A DNA stretch of 64,000 nt, taken from Podarcis gaigeae (taxonomy: Eukaryota). Position 1 is the stretch's first letter; the number at the start of each line of letters is the position of its first letter. Below are positions 62,751 through 64,000 of this stretch, in pieces. Under the pieces are notes generated by a model that was given only the letters and a program-made list of their open reading frames with translations, was not told the origin of the DNA and ran no database searches. The translations under genes and the position numbers were made by a program. The stretch lies in assembly GCA_964106915.2 (NCBI GenBank), contig OZ066921.1; one strand, given 5' to 3'.

Positions 62751-64000
62751 ATCTCAGACTCGGCAGCAAAACTGTGGAGATGCCTTGAGTGTCAAAACTG
62801 CAGATAATCTCACTCAAAAAATTCCTGTAGATGTTAAAACCTTCTGGGTTCTCATGGAATAGACGTCATGGAGTTAAGCAGAACTCACTCAGCACTATGA
62901 AACAGAGTGAGCCCTCCAGATAAGAGTAGAAACATTGAAGAACCATGCCCCAACTCCCAAACCAGAAACCCTATCTGGAAGGATACTTAGCTGAATCCAC
63001 AGAGAGCCTGGAGCAGGGGTGACCAAGCAGCCATGGGTGCCATGGCACTTGTAAATATCTTCATTGGTGCTCCCAGGCAGGAACCCTGTATTATGGGCTT
63101 TCATTTTTTAGCAAATAAGTCTCTAGCCCTCCTAGAGAGAGGAAAAAGTTATGAAGCACAATGTGCAGGTACTCTTCTAAGCAGTTCCTGTGAAATGAAC
63201 TTGGCTAACTGCTTCAGTGATTTTAGTTTATGCATGAAGTCAGAGGTGTGATTCATAAATAAGTTGTTTAGACACCAGGTAACAGGAATCCCTGGGGTCC
63301 TAAAGAACTACTGCTTTCCCCTCCACTTTAGTACTTCTGTCTTTTCTACTCCTTGCATTCACCCATTTGCTGCTCTATTTGTTTTGATTTGCTGTTTGCC
63401 AGTCACATTATCTCCTCATACACCCCTAAAATTGAGGAGCTAGTAGATGACATTCAGCCTCAGGCTTCCCACTAACCTGGGCCAGTATGGTTCAACTACT
63501 ACTATGGTGAGGTTTTAAATGTATTTTGTGTGTATTTTCCATGTATTTTTATTCTTTTTCATTCCTTAAAAACTCAGACTTGCCAACCAGCATTAAGTAT
63601 GTATTTTTATTTGTGACTATATATGAAATATGGCTGGCTATAGTAATTCAAAATTATTCCTCAATTCATCTATCTTTTAATTTCCAGCTCTACAACAATA
63701 CCCCAGCAAGAAACAAAGTTACAACCAGTGCCTGTAAAAGAAGATTTCCCACCAAAAATATTCAGATAACAAAAAATAAATAAATAGTTTTTTATGCATT
63801 TAAACCATTTAATGTTATCCTCTCTTTTCTTTTTCTCCTGTTTTAGAGTTGGCAGCCATTTTGTGTAACACTTCTGGCAGGAGCCATTTTCTTACTGGAG
63901 CTATTTTCTGAGTGGTGCCTTCTCAAAACTCCAAATGTGCCCCTAGACCCCAAAATGTTGGTGATCATTGGCCTGAAGAATAAGTAGGGTCACATTCCCC

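Overview
Eukaryotic (vertebrate) genomic DNA, most likely from a squamate reptile and probably a lacertid lizard. The basis is the repeat content: Sauria SINE, RTE-BovB, CR1, L2, another RTE clade, tRNA-derived SINEs and many hAT, Tc1-mariner and PIF-like MITEs. The first ~2.5 kb is a strong CpG island. It holds the probable promoter and first exon of an unidentified gene transcribed on the minus strand, out of the left edge of the window (splice donor CGC|GTAAGT at 998/997). The remaining ~61 kb shows no recognisable host protein-coding exon. It is AT-rich upstream/intergenic DNA with decayed retroelements, MITEs, microsatellites and some TE-poor unique blocks that may be regulatory. The most unusual structure is at 35.4-36.9 kb. 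There, a well-preserved Gypsy/Ty3 5' LTR, a perfect tRNA-Ser(GCU) primer-binding site and an open gag N-terminus are fused, at a palindrome, to half of a Tc1/pogo-like MITE carrying a modular GC-rich hairpin array; the fusion gives a 156-aa chimeric ORF. I found no prokaryote-type systems (CRISPR, operons) and no clearly new biological system. Repeat-family names come from my recall of consensus sequences, not from a database search.
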